Shown here piece by piece: positions 34,685-38,282 of a DNA stretch of 38,282 nt (position 1 is the stretch's first letter; each line of letters opens with the position of its first letter). Source of the stretch: Octopus bimaculoides (lineage: Eukaryota); assembly GCF_001194135.2 (NCBI RefSeq), contig NC_068996.1, positions 51,685,397-51,723,678 on the forward strand, in the 5' to 3' direction. The notes under the pieces are model-generated. The model was not told where the DNA came from and searched no databases. It was given only the letters and a program-made list of their open reading frames with translations. Made by a program: the position numbers and the translations under genes.

Positions 34685-35245
34685 TAAACGAAAATTACTA
34701 AAACAACGCATTCGAAGATGCAGTATACAAAGATGAATTAGAGTACAGCACCGTGAACCAAACCAAAATAGATCAGTATAAGGTAACACGTAAGATAGGA
34801 AATTGCATCTCAAAAAATAACCATAACAACCAGATAAACCCCATAAGAGGATAGAAAAAACAATAACAAAAGAGAAGGAGAAACACATAGGATAGAACCA
34901 AAAAATATGCAGCTTGGACGGTAGTAAAAAAGATACAGACATGAGGGAATCTCGGGTGCCGCTACCTAGTGGAAATAACGGCAGAAGCGATAGATCTGTG
35001 AATCTTAGAAGTAAACTACTCCAGGTGTACACAACAAAGAAATATGATAACAAGGGCCCCAGACATGCAGAGAGCCACCACGAAAGAAAGAAAGGCTGTA
35101 ACACTAACAACCACACAATACATAATAATGATCAAAGTAATAGGAATTCCACAACTACTACATAGTACAATACTGGAAGCAAACAATTTCCAACATACCA
35201 AAGCAATTTTGCAGTGCGATAGAGAAACACTTTCCCGAACTTAGC
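34685..35245 (+). mobile_element. Second, diverged Naiad-like PLE fragment (thumb end, long linker, HFP)
   Basis: ENY*NNAFEDAVYKDELEY parallels EYYNSALARAGYKDRII of the first element; IEKHFP near 35222-35239 parallels LERHFP; same A-rich linker composition. Confidence 0.5.
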
Positions 35246-35372
35246 TAGGATTCCAAAAGAGGCAGGAACGCAGCGACCAGTGTATTTCTGCGCAAGGTGA
35301 CTACTTTGAAGGAAATGAAGTTAGAACTTAGGTAAATTTTTGATACCACTTTGTATGCATGTGTATGTGACC

Positions 35373-36130
35373 ATTGGAACGAGAATGGGCCCCAACTATG
35401 CGAACCTGTTTGTTGGCTACGTTCTCACGATTCACTGGTCCCACTCCCGAACTATACGGTCGTTACATTGATGATTGTATTGGTGCGACCTCACTCTCCC
35501 GCGAACGACTAGACTCCTTCCGCTCTTTTGTCCAATTCTTCCATTCTGCCCTCGATTTCTCCTGCACTGTTTCCGATACTTCCGTCGCATTTCTCAACAT
35601 TTCGGTCAACATACACCACTCCACTTTCACTACCTCCATCCACTACAAACACACTGACTCATACTCCTACCTTAACTTCTCCTCCTCCTACCCTACCCAC
35701 ATCAAACGCTCCATCTCCTACTCTCAATTCCTCCGTCTGCGTAGGCTCTGCAGTGACAACCATGACTTTGAGACTCAGTCTCAACTCGTGGCTTGCCATT
35801 TTATCCTTCGTGGATATCTCCTCATCACTATCCACATAGCCCTTGCCATAGCACGTTCTGTGGACCGTGCCTCTGCTCTCTCTCCCCGCACCCGTCTCCC
35901 ATTTCCCTTCACCAGCCAACCTGCTCCGCCATTCTCCGAGTCTTCTGGCGACTCCAGTTCGACCTCTCCACCTCGCACATCTTCCCCAACCTACCCCTTA
36001 CCTCTTTCAAACCAGCCCAAAACCTGCGGGACATCCTGTCCTGGTTCACAGTGTCTTCCCTAACCCCACCTCTCAACCTTGCTCGTTTCCCTGCTCCCGC
36101 CCACACTTCCCCCACCTCACCCCCTGCTCC
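35373..36130 (+). mobile_element. Neptune-like PLE fragment (RT palm, thumb, Cys linker), frameshifted, endonuclease missing
   Basis: IGTRMGPNYANLFVGYV (35373), RYIDD (35461-35475), AFLNI, YKHTDSYSYLNFSSSYPTHIKRSISYSQFLRLRRLCS, RGY, shifted frames NLRDIL and FPCSRP. Confidence 0.85.
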
Positions 36131-36218
36131 ATATCACCACTACACCCCCACATCACATTATACCACTCCACACACTAGCATGACCACTTCCTAGCACCCT
36201 CATCACACACCATCTTTT

Positions 36219-36272
36219 GCACACCCACACACAATCATCTGCACACCCACACACAATCATCTGCACACCCAC
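36219..36272. repeat. 22-bp tandem repeat (gcacacccacacacaatcatct, ~2.5 copies) in a CA-rich tract
   Basis: Read directly. Confidence 0.85.
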
Positions 36273-36488
36273 TCATTACAGACACACACACACAAGCACA
36301 CATATCAAAATCACTAGCCCCTACCCCCACACACTTACACATTGTCACATACACACGCACACCTTCGTTTTGTGTCACCAATACTTTTTTATCTCCCCTT
36401 CTTTCTACCTCTCCTGTCAATTCTTCTCCCACCCCAACCAGTCGCCATGCTCGATCGCTAAATCTACGAGTTTTTCTTTTTAATTCTC

Positions 36489-36637
36489 TCTCTGTTTATT
36501 TTCTCTTATCCCTTTCCGCTGAAGAGCGTAGGCTCGAAACGTAAAATACTTTCTCACTTTCCCAAGCGTCAAACTAATACACCTGCTTGTGGTTCATACA
36601 CCTATCTTCGTCTTTTGTTTTTCTGTAAATTTCAACT
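36489..36637 (+). repeat. PLE pseudo-LTR-like repeat, copy 2 (3' of the Neptune-like RT)
   Basis: Direct repeat of 34458-34605. Confidence 0.75.
36512..36547 (+). ncRNA. Minimal hammerhead-ribozyme-like motif (copy 2)
   Basis: cttt-CCGCTGA-A-GAGC-gtag-GCTC-GAA-ACGT-A-aaa: stem II hairpin, GAAA, loopless palindromic stem III ACGT, short stem I; 5' core non-canonical. Confidence 0.45.
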
Positions 36638-37175
36638 GTATGTATATATGTTGGTGTGTATGTACGTATATATATTTATACTGGGCATACATTTTTATAC
36701 AGTGTGTGTGTGTGTGTGTGAGTGTATAAGTGGACGATATGTATGGAGAAACGATACATGTGCATCTGCAATTGAGCATGTGTGTGTGTGTGTACGTGTA
36801 CTAACCTGCATTCAGTGACACTGACGATAGTTTATGGGATGACGATTCAATAAAGCGATTAATCATACGGACGCCATGCCGTGCTCCTCGTAACTCGACA
36901 GCGTTGGCCACGGCCTACTCTATTCAGCGACACTGGCAGAACTTAAATTTCCTTTCCAACTATTTTATTTATTTATTTTTCACGCGACTGTTCTCCACAA
37001 ATACCAAATATATAATTAACTTAACATAATTTAACTCCAATACAGTAAATTTACGAATGAATCTCTGAAGATTTGATAATGCAGTTTGAATATATCATGT
37101 ATATTATATAATAAACAATCATACGTGTAAGATGGTTTAACTAAATATTTCATAATCAATATCTCCTGCTTTAAA

Positions 37176-37312
37176 AGCGGTGAGCTGGCAGAAACATAAG
37201 CACGCCGGGCGAAATGCTTAGCGCTATTTCGTCTGCCGCTACGTTCTGAGTTCAAATTCAGCCGAGGTCGATTTTCCCTTTCATCCTTTCGGGGTCGATA
37301 AATTAAGTACCA
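37176..37312 (+). mobile_element. SINE family B, 3'-truncated, well preserved
   Basis: gcggtgagctggcagaaac...gagttcaaattc...tttcatcctttcggggtcgataaattaagtacca. Confidence 0.85.
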
Positions 37313-37599
37313 CAAAGGAAACAACAAGGTTGCTTATGAAACCCCCCAAATCATAACGAAAACAAGGAAACACACCACCACTATAACTAAGGTCTGCTCT
37401 TCACAGATGAGACTGATATCATCTTAAAATGGCTGAATATTGCAGAATCCTTTACAATCACTAACTCAAACATGACAGCAGCATCTTAGACAATTCCAAC
37501 AGCAATAACAGGGGATACTCTAATTCTCCAGGAGCACTTGCTCAAAATAGGAAATTCTGTCTTAAAACATGGAGGGCAAAAGCTTAAAAGGCACCTAGA

Positions 37600-37815
37600 A
37601 TTACCCGTTTGAAGATATAGAAGATGAAGCAGTGGCCAAAGGAGTGTACCCAATCACAAATGATACCCATTCCCAAGAAAGGCGACTTAAGATTCTACCA
37701 GCATTATACAACAATCAGTCTAATTAGCTCCGCCGGAAAGTATTGCTATGCGTTGTTAAACAGACTTAAGAGAAAGGCAGAAAAATCTTTAGAGAAGAAC
37801 AAGCAAGATTTGGGT
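37600..37815 (+). mobile_element. RTE-clade LINE reverse-transcriptase N-terminal fragment
   Basis: WPKECTQSQMIPIPKKGDLRFYQHYTTISLIS...LNRL, then EEQARF in a shifted frame (recalled IPIPKKG...NYRTISL...EEQAGF motif). Confidence 0.8.
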
Positions 37816-38180
37816 TTATAGTTGAAAGTGGGTTATACATCTTTAGACGTATACCTGACTTTCTTACTATAAACTTAGAATATAACGGAACGCTGAACTC
37901 CAGACTATCAACTTATACAACATTTATTCAAGTGGTAAATATATACATCTTTAGCTCTGGTTACAGCTTCTGATTGTGTGAGCATAGTTGTTGGGACGTT
38001 GTTATGTAGGTGTAAGCGAGCTGTCGAGTGTAAGTCCGAAAGATGAAGAGTGACAGCTATACACGTAAAGAGACTGTCTCCAGAGTTGGGTGTTGGAGAC
38101 ACTTCTTGACACGTCCATGCTCTATTGCTGGCCAGCAAGAAAGAGAATGAATTGAGCGGGAACGCTTGCTTGTTTAATTC

Positions 38181-38208
38181 CACGCATGCGTGAGACTACG
38201 CATGCGCA
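38181..38208. promoter_or_regulatory. Two NRF-1-like CGCATGCG palindromes in a CpG-enriched stretch
   Basis: CACGCATGCGTG (perfect 12-bp palindrome, 38181-38192) and ACGCATGCGCA (38198-38208). Confidence 0.35.
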
Positions 38209-38282
38209 CGGCGTTACTACAGGGCTCCCTTGCCAGTGCGAGAAACGCACGATAATATGAAATCTGTTAGAACGCCTGAGGC

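Noticed and set aside
35659-36178. Several overlapping ORFs on both strands as independent genes
   Set aside because: Alternative frames of the C-rich, frameshifted PLE RT and linker

Overview
AT-rich, repeat-dense animal genomic DNA, not prokaryotic. The SINE families point to an octopus/cephalopod source (inference). The window holds the last 8 coding exons (2333-24796, + strand, 1203 nt = 400 aa + stop, all introns GT-AG with compatible phases) of a GLYR1/NPAC-type gene of the beta-hydroxyacid dehydrogenase family; its 5' end lies upstream. As far as I recall the reference sequences, this dehydrogenase domain keeps the catalytic Lys (RMKLVVN) that is Met in the catalytically inert human NPAC, and it closely follows active plant glyoxylate/succinic semialdehyde reductases. 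Introns and downstream DNA contain tRNA-derived SINEs, many 3'-end fragments of an RTE-type LINE, HERO-like and R4/Dong-like LINE remnants, MITEs/foldbacks and microsatellites. At 31.8-36.6 kb there is a nest of Penelope-like element (PLE) fragments with a GIY-YIG domain and two pseudo-LTR-like repeats carrying minimal hammerhead-like motifs. One 81-N assembly gap. Repeat boundaries were read by eye and are approximate; family and clade names rest on recalled motifs, not database searches.
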